Positions 49,031 through 62,159 of a stretch of DNA of 64,000 nt are shown here, piece after piece. Both the position numbers and the translations under genes were made by a program. The DNA is from Felis catus. Lineage: Eukaryota. Location of the stretch: the NCBI RefSeq assembly GCF_018350175.1, contig NC_058368.1, positions 38,070,001 through 38,134,000 of the forward strand. The letters are read 5' to 3'. Position 1 is the first letter of the stretch. The number at the start of each line of letters is the position of its first letter. Under the pieces are notes generated by a model. It did no database searches. It was not told where the DNA came from and saw only the letters and a list, made by a program, of their open reading frames with translations.

Positions 49031-51179
49031 TTTAAAAAAGATTGCAGAGAGGTGGAGAGATAGACTGCAATTTGAGTCATGTATATACTAAAGAAAGGGA
49101 ATACAAGAATAAATTATTAGCTAAAATCAGGCAGTAGAATTCTATGGTTATGATTAACCTGAAGTCGAAATACAATTCTTTTGATTCAGCAGTATAGTAG
49201 AAAATGAGGAAACCATTATGCATTATACCACATTATTGGTGATGAAACCAACAATGACTAAGACTGCTTTTAATCGAGGTGACATTACTCTAAGAAATGA
49301 AGTAGAATCATCATGAAAAAATAAGGATAAGACTTTAGTATAGGAACTGGATAATGCTAATAATAAAGTGCGAAGTTAGTATTTCGTAAATGAATCTGTT
49401 GTTCCATTTAGCTTAAGAACCATGCAAAGATTGAAACGCGAATGGAATATTGGAAGTTCTTTTTCCAAACTACTCCGGTTGCATAACACTTTGAAGGATG
49501 TTTTCATAGGACTTAAAACTGCTAATAAAGTTCAAATTGCAGTCTTAAAGTCAAATGCCTCCTGCCTGGCATTTAACATTCTACTGACAAGTACATAGTA
49601 ATAGTGGCCACCAAATAGGTGTCGGGCCTGGTCAAAGAAGTTTCTGTGCATCTATTCTTTTTATTCTTACAGAAGCCTTATAAGAGTCAGAATTATTCTT
49701 ATCTATAACTTACATGTGGGACATGAGAGGAGACTGGTAGCTTTGAGAGTTTATATACTGCTCTCTGGTTTTTCAGAACAAACTTCCCAGCCTCATCTGC
49801 TTTTTGGATCAATTATATGAACTTTCTACCAGTCACTCCAATTCCTGCACATTCTTGGTAATTTCACCGTTTCAATCCTTAAAGAAATTGATAGTCAAGT
49901 CTCTTAAATCTAGCCAAAAAAAGTCATTTGGCTCTGTCCTTATTCCTCTTCCTTACTTGCCTGAACTATTTAAGTCAGAAGAGTTAAAAACACAAACCAT
50001 GTCTGTCCACACCACCACATTTCTCATTTAAAACCTATGAAGATGTTCTGCTTATTGAATAAATTTCTGAGGTAGACTCCACAAAGCCCCAAGCACTCTG
50101 CATAAAAAATGACCTCGGCTTCATCTCACATCTTCCCTTGTGCATTTCATTCAAATTTCTTAGTGGTCCACAAATATGACATTCACAATGCTGAATTTGA
50201 TGAGTGCTGCTCCATTGAAATGGACTGTCTTTTCACTTTTATATCCTAGTGAACTCCTGTTTATCCTTCAAGACATTTTTCTTCAGGATATCAAACACAG
50301 TGGTACAACTCTTTACATTCTTTTCTCCCTAGAATCTGAGCTCCAGATAGGTCAAAACTATGTATTTCAGCCATAGACTATTTTCATATTCATTTTACTC
50401 AGCACAGTAGTTGACAGAGAAATGAATGAGAAAGTATTTGTAGGGTGATTTATCGTAGGTTCCTTCTTTTCTACGAGATCTATTTTTTACTGTGTTTTTT
50501 GGGAAAAACCCACTCAACATAATTGTTAAGGTATTACCATTTCATAAAAAGCAATCATATATTCTGGCAGTAATAACATTACTTATTATTCCTCATCCTT
50601 TCCTCTCAGAGGGCTGTCGCCAAGAAGTCCTCTTCTTTCTTTCAGTGTCTTTGCTGTTGGTCTTCCAGAATTACTGTGTTTTGTTCTTCCCCACTCTCCT
50701 CAGTCAACAACAGATATAATGAATAAGTAAAAAAAACAAAAAACAAAAAAAACCCACGTTCTTTTAAACACATGAAACATATTTCTCCTAACATTTTATT
50801 CAATCAAGTGTACATGTTTGTCCCTAGTTGTGAGAGGTAACATGCTTTGTCTCTCTCTTTTAAGGAAGGCATCAATGCCAAATGTATTTGTTTACAGCTA
50901 CTTGAGAATTCAAATCAACAGCTGGGAATGTTTGACATATTTCATATTTCAGAACAGAGGCTAAAACTTGTAGGTTCAGCATCTTTAGAACATGATCCTA
51001 TTGATCATAAAACTTAACATTGGATTCAACCAGTTAATGAATCCTCACTGAGCATCTACCTATGGCAGACCCTTGGGAAGCCATTTATCAGATTATGATG
51101 ACTAACACATGCTACCCTTAGGAACTTCAGGATATGAAGTGGTTTAAGTATCTCCTGGTGAAGCATTTTATGCTATTTT

Positions 51180-51209
51180 TAAGTTTTTTTTTAAATCTTA
51201 TTTATTTAT

Positions 51210-51241
<32 letters not shown>

Positions 51242-51406
51242 CCCAACCAAGTAGGAGGGGGGGCAGGGAGAGAGGGAAAATCCCAAGACGGCTCCCCAAT
51301 GTCAGCACAGAGCCCAGCGTGGGCTCAAACCCACAAACTGTGAGATCATGACCTGAGCCTAAATCAAGAGTTGTATGCCCAGCCAACTGAGCCACCCAGG
51401 CACCCT
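51180..51406 (-). mobile_element. Can-SINE
   Basis: Antisense SINE with (GA)n; TSD gcattttat..tattttt. Confidence 0.95.
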
Positions 51407-52258
51407 GGCATTTTATATTATTTTTCCACATTGTTTAGCTCATTCTTTTCTATTTGCAGATAAGCCTAAAAGCAGGAAGAAAAAAAAGAGGCAAATGAAT
51501 AATAAGAAAAAAAAGAGGCAAATGAAATTTGCTTTAACTCATATCAAAAGCAAAGCTAGGTAGACGAGAGCACAAGTCAATGACTAAGAGTAAGGGGGTA
51601 TCTAGCTTTAATTTCTGTTAAAAATAATCAGTGTATACAAGTATAAGAGAAATGCAACATTCTCATTAAAAGAGGGAAGAAGGTAAAATATAATCTTTTG
51701 TCTATACTATCCTCATCTTGTCTTTGGTTTCTTTTACCTTACTGCTTTTAATGTGGCTGTACCATTTGCCACTTTCCACAGTGTAAATACCCCTACCTTG
51801 GCCAAATGTAAAGTAACAAATGTAGAGCTGGTAAGAAATGCTAAAACTCAGCTTTCATAAGTCAGCAGAAATTGACTGCACTCACTAGTGGATCTCCTTC
51901 ACAGGTCTGTGACTTGACACAGACACAAATCTTACTCTACTTCCCGCTGTCATCCATGGATATTACATCAAGTGTGACCTGTTGACGTGAATTCTAGTCA
52001 TTGTATTAACTCTCCCAACCACGGACATTGGTGTTTTAGTATCATTACTAAATTTGGAAAGGACAGTAACACTTTGCCCCCATGTAACAACTGTAGGCCT
52101 CATAAACAAGTTGGACTTATCTGGAGTTGTAAATTAACAGGCTGTTATTTTGTGCGGGTTGTAGGACTATTTGCTAAAATGGTTACACATGAGAAGACTG
52201 AGAGGTGGTTTAGAAAGATTATCATTTATATCGCTTAATATTAAATCTTAACAGCTTA

Positions 52259-52477
52259 GGGGCGCCTGGGTGGCGCAGTCGGTTAAGCGTCCGACTTCAG
52301 CCAGGTCACGATCTCGCGGTCCGTGAGTTCGAGCCCCGCGTCAGGCTCTGGGCTGATGTCTCAGAGCCTGGAGCCTGTTTCCGATTCTGTGTCTTCCTCT
52401 CTCTCTGCCCCTCCCCCGTTCATTCTCTGTCTCTCTCTGTCCCAAAAATAAATAAACGTTGAAAAAAATTTTTTTTT
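52259..52477 (+). mobile_element. Young felid SINE (SINEC_Fc1-like)
   Basis: CpG-rich; perfect TSD aatcttaacagctta (52244-52258, 52478-52492). Confidence 0.98.
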
Positions 52478-55400
52478 AATCTTAACAGCTTAAAACGCAT
52501 GCATCTATTTCTGATTATAAGATAGTAGGTACCACAAGCATTCCTGGTATTATTTCATGTGATTGGGAAAACATCATTATTAACTCAAAATTTAATGCTT
52601 AAATAACTGCATGAAAATATCTTTAAGGCAAAATTCATGGGGATTAATGCATTTAAATAACAGTAAAAACAAAATATACTATGAACTAGAACTTTCTAAA
52701 TGGTGAGCAACGGTATGCATTAAATTGAAAAATAGAAACTGGTTACTAATTCACCCAGCTAGAATCTGAAAGGCAATGTATAGTCATGGAGAAAAATATG
52801 TTACAATGGCTTTCACTGATTTTGCAAAATGAAAATGGAAATGCCTGTAAGTAATAGCCAGACATAAGTAAGAGAAAAATTAAATAGCTTAGTAATTGTT
52901 GGTTTTTCAAACGAATCACCTTTGTAGAGTGTAATACATTCAGCAGATTTCTGCCCTTGGCGGTTAAATTAATTGTGTATTTTAATATAAATGCTTTCTA
53001 ACTGCAATTCACTTTAATCATTTAACATGTCCAATATTGAGTTCTTTCTACTGAGAAAAGCTGTGAGAAATATTTTCCGTGATATCCTTTCATATTTTGA
53101 TCTTCGTTTTCCCTTTAAATAAATTTCTGACAATTTGCCTAGAAGAGTATTAAGTATTTATGTTTGTAGTGATACACAAATTATTTCATGTGTTCTACAT
53201 TTTTTAATTATACAAGAACACAAGAGAAAGTTGTAAGGAATTTATACTTCTGAGAGACTTACTCGTTGGATTTCTTAAATAATCTGAAATATTTTATCTC
53301 AGTGAATTGATACAGTATAAACCTTTTGTCTCATTTACAGAAATAGCATGCTCAGAAAAAAAAAATCAACAGCAAACAATATTAACTGAGATAAAATAGG
53401 AGATGTGCTCAGGTTCTGAAAATCGCATGTCCCTGTTTAAAGTATGCCTCCCAGTGATCCACGCATTCGTTTTACTGCCATATCCTTCTATTTAATCTTT
53501 TTTTTTTCTTCCTTTACTTCCACAGTGCTTGAAGATGTTCAGATGTGCAGAAACTTCATGTTTTAAACTCAGAATTTAGAATTACAGGCACGCGTGTGTG
53601 TGGGAGTGAGTGTGTGGGGCTGATCTTAATCATTGGTGCTCTCTCAAGATTGACTTTAATACTAACTAAAAATCTCTCGTTGGTGAATATCCGTTTTATA
53701 ATGGTTAGTAGACACTGAATTATGTACTGTGTTCTGAGATGCCCCAATTGTGTTTCTAGGATTAGTTAGACTATGTGCATTCTAAAATAAATGCTATGAT
53801 TTTCACTTTTCTCTTTTGTTTCTGTTGGGACTAGGCAAGTTTATATATGTGAGATCCCAATGTTCTTATCATTTGGAAGTAACACAAATATGTTTCCTTT
53901 ATCTTGCAGCTCCAGGGGCACAGTGTTTTGCAGTAAGAAGCTAGAGCCAGACTGCTTGAGAAGAATAGACTGCCAGGTTTTTCAATAATAGAAACAATTG
54001 TCAAGTAATTGTGATTTGCATGGAATTACCAAGGATTAGGATTTTAATGTGCTTTTGTTTCATTAACATCCGGTAGAATACAGTGTTTATAATTCAATAA
54101 GAAAATACCTATGAAGAAAATCAAATGTTTTTGAATAACTGAAAATTATTCCATTATGCTAGGTGCGAAGAGTTTACAATGCAAAATATACATCAAAATA
54201 TACATACTTGAAGAAGTGGCACCATTCAGTTCTTAAACAGCCTACTCACAGATTCATACATATATTTTTACATGTATTTGTGTCATCACATAACAATAAT
54301 TTAAGAAAAACAATGAATAACAGTGAGTCAGAATGCTTCTCAGAGACACCAGTCATACGTTGCTTTATGGTTATTTAAATTTTCTTTTATTTTCCTTTCA
54401 AATTATCCCACCAGTCAGTTAATAGACCTCTAACACAAAACAAAATGAAAACTCTACAGTAAATGTATTGCAATGCTTCATTGATAACAAAACATAAAGA
54501 GAAATCCTTTCCGGGGTTCTCTGTCATTGATTCTAAATGTTTACATTTCACTGGCTCTGAAAGACTTCTGTGAAGAAAGGATGCCAGAACTAAATACATT
54601 TGGGAGGTGGAGCCTTCTGTATTCCACTTATGGAGAGTTACAACCCACAAATCAAGGGTTCTGAACATTCCTACAGTAGAAAACAAACAAACAAACAAAC
54701 GAGCAAACAAACAAACAAAACAGAAAATACTTTAGCTTTGCTTGTCCTAGTTTCTTGAAAGTGTACTTGACCAGAGAACCATGTTTCACATAACCTCTCC
54801 AGATATCCCATTGTTCCCATTGTACTAAAGTATTCCACACAAAACTCTTAATGGAATGTTGTTCTGAGGTAAGCAAATACTTGCCTCTATATTAACCTTC
54901 TTGTTTCAGCACAGACAGTGAAGCTAAATCTGAATCCACTCTGTAGAGTGTTTGTGTGTATGGATTGTCTCCCCAAAGCCCCATCAGCCCACAACACCTT
55001 ATTACTACCAGTACGTAAGAGTTGCCTATGTCCAGGGAAGAATGTTATAGAAATGTGGGGCCCAGTTTGCATGCACATAGACCAAACATCCACAGTCAGA
55101 TGTGCACTTGTCCTACCAAAGACCAACACATTAGGTTTTCTGAATTTACATCTGTATGAAATACCCCAACATGCGAGTGGAGATAGTAGAACTAGTTTGT
55201 GTGCTAATCATATCCAACACCAACATATCAGAGTTCATGAAATACCAAGCTAAGTTTTCCCAGCTTGATAATAACTGTTTCTGCTGCAGAAGACTATGCA
55301 GTTCCTCTCCCCCCAGCTAACATTACAATATTGAATATCTTGTCAGAGACTCCGAAAACCCTGTACCACACTCAATCCACAGTGATTATTTACAAAGCCA

Positions 55401-56042
55401 CCATGGAAAGCAAGTGGTTTCCACATTCTTATGTCAATGTCAACAGCAAGAACATAGAGTGGTTCTCTATGGATCTTAGACAAGATCATTGTTTTTTCTA
55501 TGGGTCGTTGACATAACCCTCTGAAGTTTCCTACTTCTTTATGTTCCTGTGTAGACCATGGTATAAATAGCTGACATCCTATAAAAAACAGATAAGAAGA
55601 AGGGGATAACCTTTGGTGAGTTGGAATAGATATTGGGAGAAAAGACGAACCATTCCAATAAAGGAGATAACCTATCCATGTTTGGTAAAATTGTATACTT
55701 GAAGTTCAAAAGGCTAATTTTTAGGAATGTGAAGCTTATCCTTCTTATTCTGAATTCATTGTGTCATGCTATATAAAACACAAGAACAATAGACCAATTT
55801 TTAAAATTACTTTTTCGTACCTTTTTGGGTTTCTTTTCTGAGGAGCCTCCAAGTATTCTCTGACATAGAAATATGTCAAATTTTCTCATCTCGTTTTAAT
55901 GTTTTAGAAGAAGGGAAAAGAGGAGAAAGGGAAAGAATCTTTAAAGCCTGTTTTCTCTTTCAGCTTTAAGTGTAGAGAGAGGAATCTATTTACATTCTTC
56001 AACAAAAAATGTTTAGTTTACACCATAAAAAGATAGGGGAAC

Positions 56043-56044
<2 letters not shown>

Positions 56045-56085
<41 letters not shown>
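56045..56085. repeat. (CA)n microsatellite
   Basis: Direct inspection. Confidence 0.98.
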
Positions 56086-56086
<1 letters not shown>

Positions 56087-59000
56087 AAAGAAGAAAAAGA
56101 AAGAATAGAAAAATGAAAGAGAGAAAGAAAAAAAGCTATCTCAGCACCATACTATTTTCCTGGTCTTCACCTTTTATTTTGGGGCAACTGCAGTGGTCAC
56201 TTGCAACTAATTTTCACCCTCCCAAGTGTTGGGTCCTGGGATCTCTCAAGGATCTCTCCATCTCTTTGGATAAAGAGTCAAAAGATGCATTATAACATAA
56301 AGGAATTTCTGCTTTGCGGGGGGAGGAACCCCTTTGAATGTGGGAGTTATTTCAGGAATTTCCTTCTGTGTTACTTATATTTAGTCTAATTTCTTGGGTG
56401 AGAAATCCCCCCCACTAGGATGCAGCCTTGGAGGATAATCATTTCTGGCCCAATATCTGGCATGAGAAGGTGGGAAATGAAGGAAAAAATTAAATATGGG
56501 GAGTATTGCTCTAGAGAAGGAATGCAATAGAAAATTCTATTATTGTTTCTTTATTTACCACTGAGTTCACAAAGCTTGTCTCCTCACAGCTAGACAAGAT
56601 AGAAAAAATTGAAAAAATAATTACAGGGTAAAATCTTCATATTTATCTATGCATATATGTATTCATTTTCCAAATAAAAAATGTATAGCTGATAAATATA
56701 TGAGATCTTTTGGATGTCCATCAGATATACAGGCTTGTTCATATTAACTATGAATTGTTTATTACTTTATTGATAATAAAGCAAATTCAATCAATACCTC
56801 CTTTCATTTTTGAAGATTCTAGAGAAATATTTATCAAATAATAATATTATTTTAAATTTTGGTTGGCTATATAAAAATATATTCTCAACATTTATTGTTG
56901 GTAATTCTTCCTGAAGCAGAACAAGAAACATGTGTCTAGTTGAAATCTATGATTTTGAAAATATTTATTTGAGTTGATAACTTTAGCTTCTTCTGCATGA
57001 ATTTGTTTTAAAATCATGCAAATAGCTCTTTGCTTTCCGTTTTCCATCCTTTACAGAAGATGTCAAGCTGACGTGAAATTACTGAGGAAAGGACAAAAGT
57101 TCCGCCTAAGTTACATGTTACGTAACATTGACCTTTCACATAGGCAAGAGGTAATTATAGACCTGATAAGCTGTTAGCCATAAAGCAATGTTCATTCATA
57201 GCCCATAGATAATACAATATATGAAAGGAAAACGAAAATACTACGGCTTAGCTCTTGTCTATTAAGAGCTCAAAAATGTTCCTTTATTTGGACTGAGAGA
57301 ACCAAACAGAAGCAAAATAGAACAGCCATAGTTAAAATTTTAACTCTCTAGTATTGAAAAGAGTACTGCTCAAGAGTCTTTCTATTTTCTAAACTCTTTG
57401 GCTGAAGATTTACAATAGTCTTTCCTGCTCACAATATTACCTATTTTTTTTCCCACCTCCCTGTGACAGCACAAACAGAGTTCTCTTCTCTCTGTATAGC
57501 TGCATTCTAAGTAGCTAAATTATGGGCGTCAGTGATCTTTGTTTCCGATGACACTAGTGATAGTATTTCTTTTCCTGGTTTATCTTTACTCAACCTGCTT
57601 TTCTTCATAAATCTCTATAGAGTTCTACTTTCTCCAAATATTCCATTCCTTCTTTTTCGATAACAAGGCACAGTCTCAGTCTTAGTTCTTGGAACTTTCT
57701 TTTGTAACTGATTATCATGCCTTCTGTTACAAAAATAGCACTTGTTTAAAAAAAAAAAAACAAACCTCTTTATTAAATGAGTGTGTCTACCTAGAAATAA
57801 AAAGAAGTAGGAGGGTTTTTTTTCTCCCCCCTTCTCAACTGCTCCAAAAAAAAAAAAAAAAAGTAGAGCATGAGGGAAGTATGGTGTTGAATTATACTGG
57901 GAGTTAATTAGGCTTTAAAAAAGTGAAAATGAAGGGGGGATTTCTATTTGGAAGTTAGGCAACATTTTAAATTTCAGAAATAGTTTTGCCCTTCCTCCTT
58001 GCACCAGTCTTTTCTCCGAAAGACACGTGCCTTCTCTTATATCTCTCCCATGTTCCTTTCTAAGTATTTCAAAATTCACTTGTCTCCTTGCCAGCTCTGC
58101 TTCACTCATATCTCCTTTTTATAGACACCTACAACATAGCTTTAAAATTAGAATATTATTTCAGGCAAAAGAAACCGATTAAAGAATTGTCATAAGTAAT
58201 ACATATTTTTAGTGTAACTTCTTCAGCTGTGTGAATTTATTATGAGGTCAGCAAGTGTGGATAACATTGCAGAACTTGAAATGAGTTGTCTGTTTGAAAC
58301 TCCCATTGAGAAAGTATGCGTGTGTGTGGATGTGTGTGTACACACATGTGTGTTTTCCTATTTCACTGTATAAATAGATAATAAACATGGATGAATCTTA
58401 GTTCAATTTCAAGATTCTTGAGTACAGATGCATACTAAGCTGTGGAAATTCAAAACAATGGTTTTGTCCTTTAAAAATAAATTTTATAATTATATATGTT
58501 TCTAGAAGAAACAACATAGAATATTCTAGGAGAAATGTATGCCGATTTATATGCATGCATACATTTTTTTTCCACTGCTCTATTTAAAACTGGAAATTTT
58601 GAACAGAACATTAAATACATTCTTGCTACTCTGAGAGACAGGGCCACTGAAATGTTGAAAAGAATATTGGATTGAAATAAACAAACCAACAGGTTGAGTT
58701 AGAGTCGGATTTCAGAATAAGGGAGAGAATCTTTTAGGATATAAATGACTAAGTTGAAGACTTAACCTTGAACTCAGTGGATAACACAAAAATCACTGCT
58801 ATCAGGTGTGTAATCTTTACAATACCTCAAATTGAACACTGGGTGGCAATGTTTACCCACTTTTTTATTTTACATTTTCAGCATTTCAAAAGCTATACTA
58901 GGACAAACTGAACTTTCTGGTGTTCAAGGTTATTTGTGGGTCCTAAGACACTGAGAAAAATCCTTTCTTTTAAAAGTGTTCTCATGTCTTTGTTTTGCAC

Positions 59001-60100
59001 ACACAAGAGAGCTCAGTAGTCTATCCCTGAAATACTGTTCTCAATCCATTAATTGATCCTAGCAAAGAGGGACACGCTATAGAGAATTAGCAGTGGATCC
59101 AGAAGAAAGAAATAAGCCTTTCTAAGGAGTTAGAATAGATACGTATAATATATGGCAACATGAAAATACCTTGGAATCTTTATTCTTGTGATGTAAGTGT
59201 TGAGGGGTGACAACATATCATTCCTGAATCCGAGTCAGTATGGTGAGCTTCTCTTTCTGATTTTGATTGATGTTCAGAACTACTTAATAGAGCAGGTCAG
59301 ATTAAAAATTAAAAACACATTGATCAAGACAGTCAAGACCAAATAAGTTCTTCAAGTTTCTTCCAACTAAATTTCCTCTACCAGTCCTTCCATTCGGATC
59401 CAGCTGGCCCAGGGAAGGAAGTTAGGCTTCAGCAACTTCCCACTTCCTTTTGAGGGCTCTCTTCCCACGTTACACAGGAAACAGAAAGGGCTGCTGTTGC
59501 TTTGCTGGAAGGTACGGGGAAACTTCAGGAGAACAGTTGTTTTGGCTTTCTGGTGAGTACTTCCTGCCAGTGGCATCAAAAGTATTGAATGGCAAGGACC
59601 CAGGAGTTCCTGGCTCTCCAGTAGAACTCCAAAATCATTGCCCCATGAGAATTCCAGTTGGAAAGATTCCAATCTGGTTGTCACACATAGGATTTGTTTT
59701 CACATTATTAGTAGTTAACTTTAGACAGAGTCAGGTTGAATATTGTATCATTTCCTACCCTAGAAATAGACATTTAATAAGTTACTTGCCTTCAGTGTTT
59801 CTCTGCATTTATTTTTTAATGTAACCATTACTACCTTATTGTAGCTACCTTGTGCCCTTTGAAGTGGGGAGAAAAGATGACAATAAGAAAAGAAAGGAGC
59901 CTCCAAACTTCTCTATCTGAATTATGGCAAAAATGTTAATGTGAAAAAATAGAGGAAAACATTTTCATCCTGGCTAGTTTAAGAGAATTGATGACTTCAA
60001 GAAGTATGCACATATTATAGCTCACTGGAAGCAAGAAAGAGAGGAACCTTGTACAGCACATTGCAGTTGTTCTTCCCTAAGATAGAATGCATTACAAAAA

Positions 60101-60157
60101 GAAGGAAGGAAGGAAGGAAGGAAGGAAGGAAGGAAGGAAGGAAGGAAGGAAGGAAGG
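60101..60157. repeat. (GGAA)n microsatellite
   Basis: Direct inspection. Confidence 0.98.
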
Positions 60158-61519
60158 GTGGACAGAAGGGAGGAAGGAGAACTCAGCTGAGTCAGAGCTC
60201 AGTTCTCTATAGTTAACATAGATATAATTTTCAAAAATAATAAAGATACAAACAATAGAATTAGTCATGTTGAAATTGGAAACTTTTCTAATTATAGCCT
60301 TTGGAAAACATCATTAATAAAAAAAAACTACCTGAAGATGAAGATTAGGAATAAATATGCAGACTTCCACTTCCAGCACTTGATGAAACCACCTCACCAT
60401 AAACAGGTAGAAAAGAGACAAAATTTGTGGAAAAAAACAAGGAATAGAACCTGGAATCTTCCAGGATGACTCTCCCTTGCATCTGTTTCACTTGCCCACT
60501 AAAGTTGATCCCTCACTTACATTTTAGGCTCATCACTCATTTGTTTTATTATAATTTTATCCCTTATGTATGTAGCACGTGTAAACAGTGTATTAATTTT
60601 CCCTTATTTTAAACTACTTAAAGTAAACATGGAATCATGTACTCATTTTTAACTTACATATACATTATGTTTTTGAACTTGCATTGATTGTGTATTTAGT
60701 TTTTCTTTGATATGTATACTTCACAACTTATTAAGCTATTGATCTCTTGATGAACAGCAAAATCCAAACACAAAATAACTTTCTTTTGGGTTGACTTATT
60801 TCAGGCATGTGGCTTAATAGGTGTTTTTGCAAGACCCTCTGTGATGTTTTGTTTAAAAAAATTCAGTCACACATCTCTTTACTACTTTTTTGAAGGAAGA
60901 GTTTTTCTGAAGACCTTTTACAAATTTAGAATGTGTCCCATTAGTTAGTATTGATTTATTAAACAAGGTCGAGTTCAGTATCCTTTAAACTGTGTCCACT
61001 TAACCATGCATATATTAGTGTATTTGTCTCTGAATTTGATTTGTGCTGAAGGAAAAGAACATGGGCACAAGAAATTCATATCCTCAATAATGAGCATGTG
61101 CTCTCATCCTTTATCTATAGCCTTTTTCCCTTTTCCTTTTTTCGTGGTAAAACACAGGGAGACAAAGGTAATCATTGATAGGCGTTGTGATAATGACACA
61201 CAAGTACTTGAACTGTCTATCCTCAAACAAATCCATAGGATTCTTGGCATTGTCCCCTAGCGACATCTGTCTTCTTTGATAGTAAAACAAGCAGAGAAAT
61301 ATCCTTGACTTTTTCCATAAGGCTAGCTCAGCGGTGAGGAAAAAATATATATCAATCTAATTATTATTTCTCAAGTTAGAGAATCTATTTAAAATTAATT
61401 ATAATCTAATGTCTTAGCATCACATCATTTGATTGATTTTTGGTATCCTGAAAGTCTAGAATTTCAGCATCTCAAAGTATTCCTTGTCCTTTAAACAGTA
61501 AGGCTTTTTAAAGTTTTAA

Positions 61520-61700
61520 ATCTGTTTTATTGAGGTATAACTTAGAGTATCTCCTTAAGTTAAAGGGAACAGCTTGGTGAGTTCTGACAAATACATAAAA
61601 TTGTGTAACCACCAGAGAAATCATGATACAGAACATCTTTATCAATTTCACCAGTTCTTCCATTAATATCCTTTTGTTGCTATTGTTCAAGTATCCAACA
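61520..61700 (-). mobile_element. Old L1M 3' end remnant
   Basis: ttttattgaggtataactt...gagttctgacaaatacata...gtgtaaccacca...atacagaacat. Confidence 0.75.
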
Positions 61701-61705
61701 GAGGT

Positions 61706-62089
61706 GTATTAGTCTCTTGGGCAGCCATAGAAAATAACATAAACTGGAGTGGCTTAAATAACAGCAATGTATTTCTCACATTTCTTTAAGAGAGAAATTC
61801 AATATCAAGGTGCCAGCCAATCAAATTTCATCCCGACGATTTTGCTCTTGGGTAGTAGATGACTGCCTTCTTGCTGTGTGCTCACATGACCTTTTCTTTG
61901 TGTGTAGGTGGAGATAGACATCTCTCTCTTCCCCTTATTATAAGGCCACCAATCTGGTTGGATTTGACCCCACTCTTATAACCTTCCTTAATTTTAATGA
62001 TCTCTTCAAGGTCCTATCCCCAAATATAGTCACTTTGAGGGTTAGGGTTTCAACATATAAATTTGGGGTATACAATTCAGCCCGTAGCA
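61706..62089 (-). mobile_element. Solo MaLR LTR (MLT1A-like)
   Basis: tgtattagtct...gtggcttaaataacag...tcaaggtgccagc...gagggttagggtttcaacatat...aattcagcccgtagca; 5-bp flanks agagg / ctagg. Confidence 0.9.
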
Positions 62090-62159
62090 CTAGGTTATCA
62101 CACCGAATTTATTTGTCATATCTCTCCAGTCCCTTCTGGTCTGTGATATTTTTCAAATT

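Noticed and set aside
19208..51530. Small 18-27-bp tandem duplications (about 19208-19251, 28874-28910, 33376-33424, 51478-51528)
   Set aside because: Ordinary slippage duplications with only two units each; not CRISPR-like or functional arrays.
54910..54946. Possible terminal exon reading TDSEAKSESTL-stop (PDZ-ligand-like) after a ttgtttcag acceptor
   Set aside because: Could not be assigned to any protein and no upstream coding exons are supported in the window.
54918..55516. Resemblance of ORFs to TEK/TIE2 fibronectin-III domains (PPANITILNI vs PQPENIKISNI)
   Set aside because: Needs large deletions and lacks the conserved FN3 Trp/Tyr pattern; likely chance.
59367..59824. Overlapping opposite-strand ORFs and a gtgagt donor near 59552
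   Set aside because: No recognisable product and no convincing matching acceptor.
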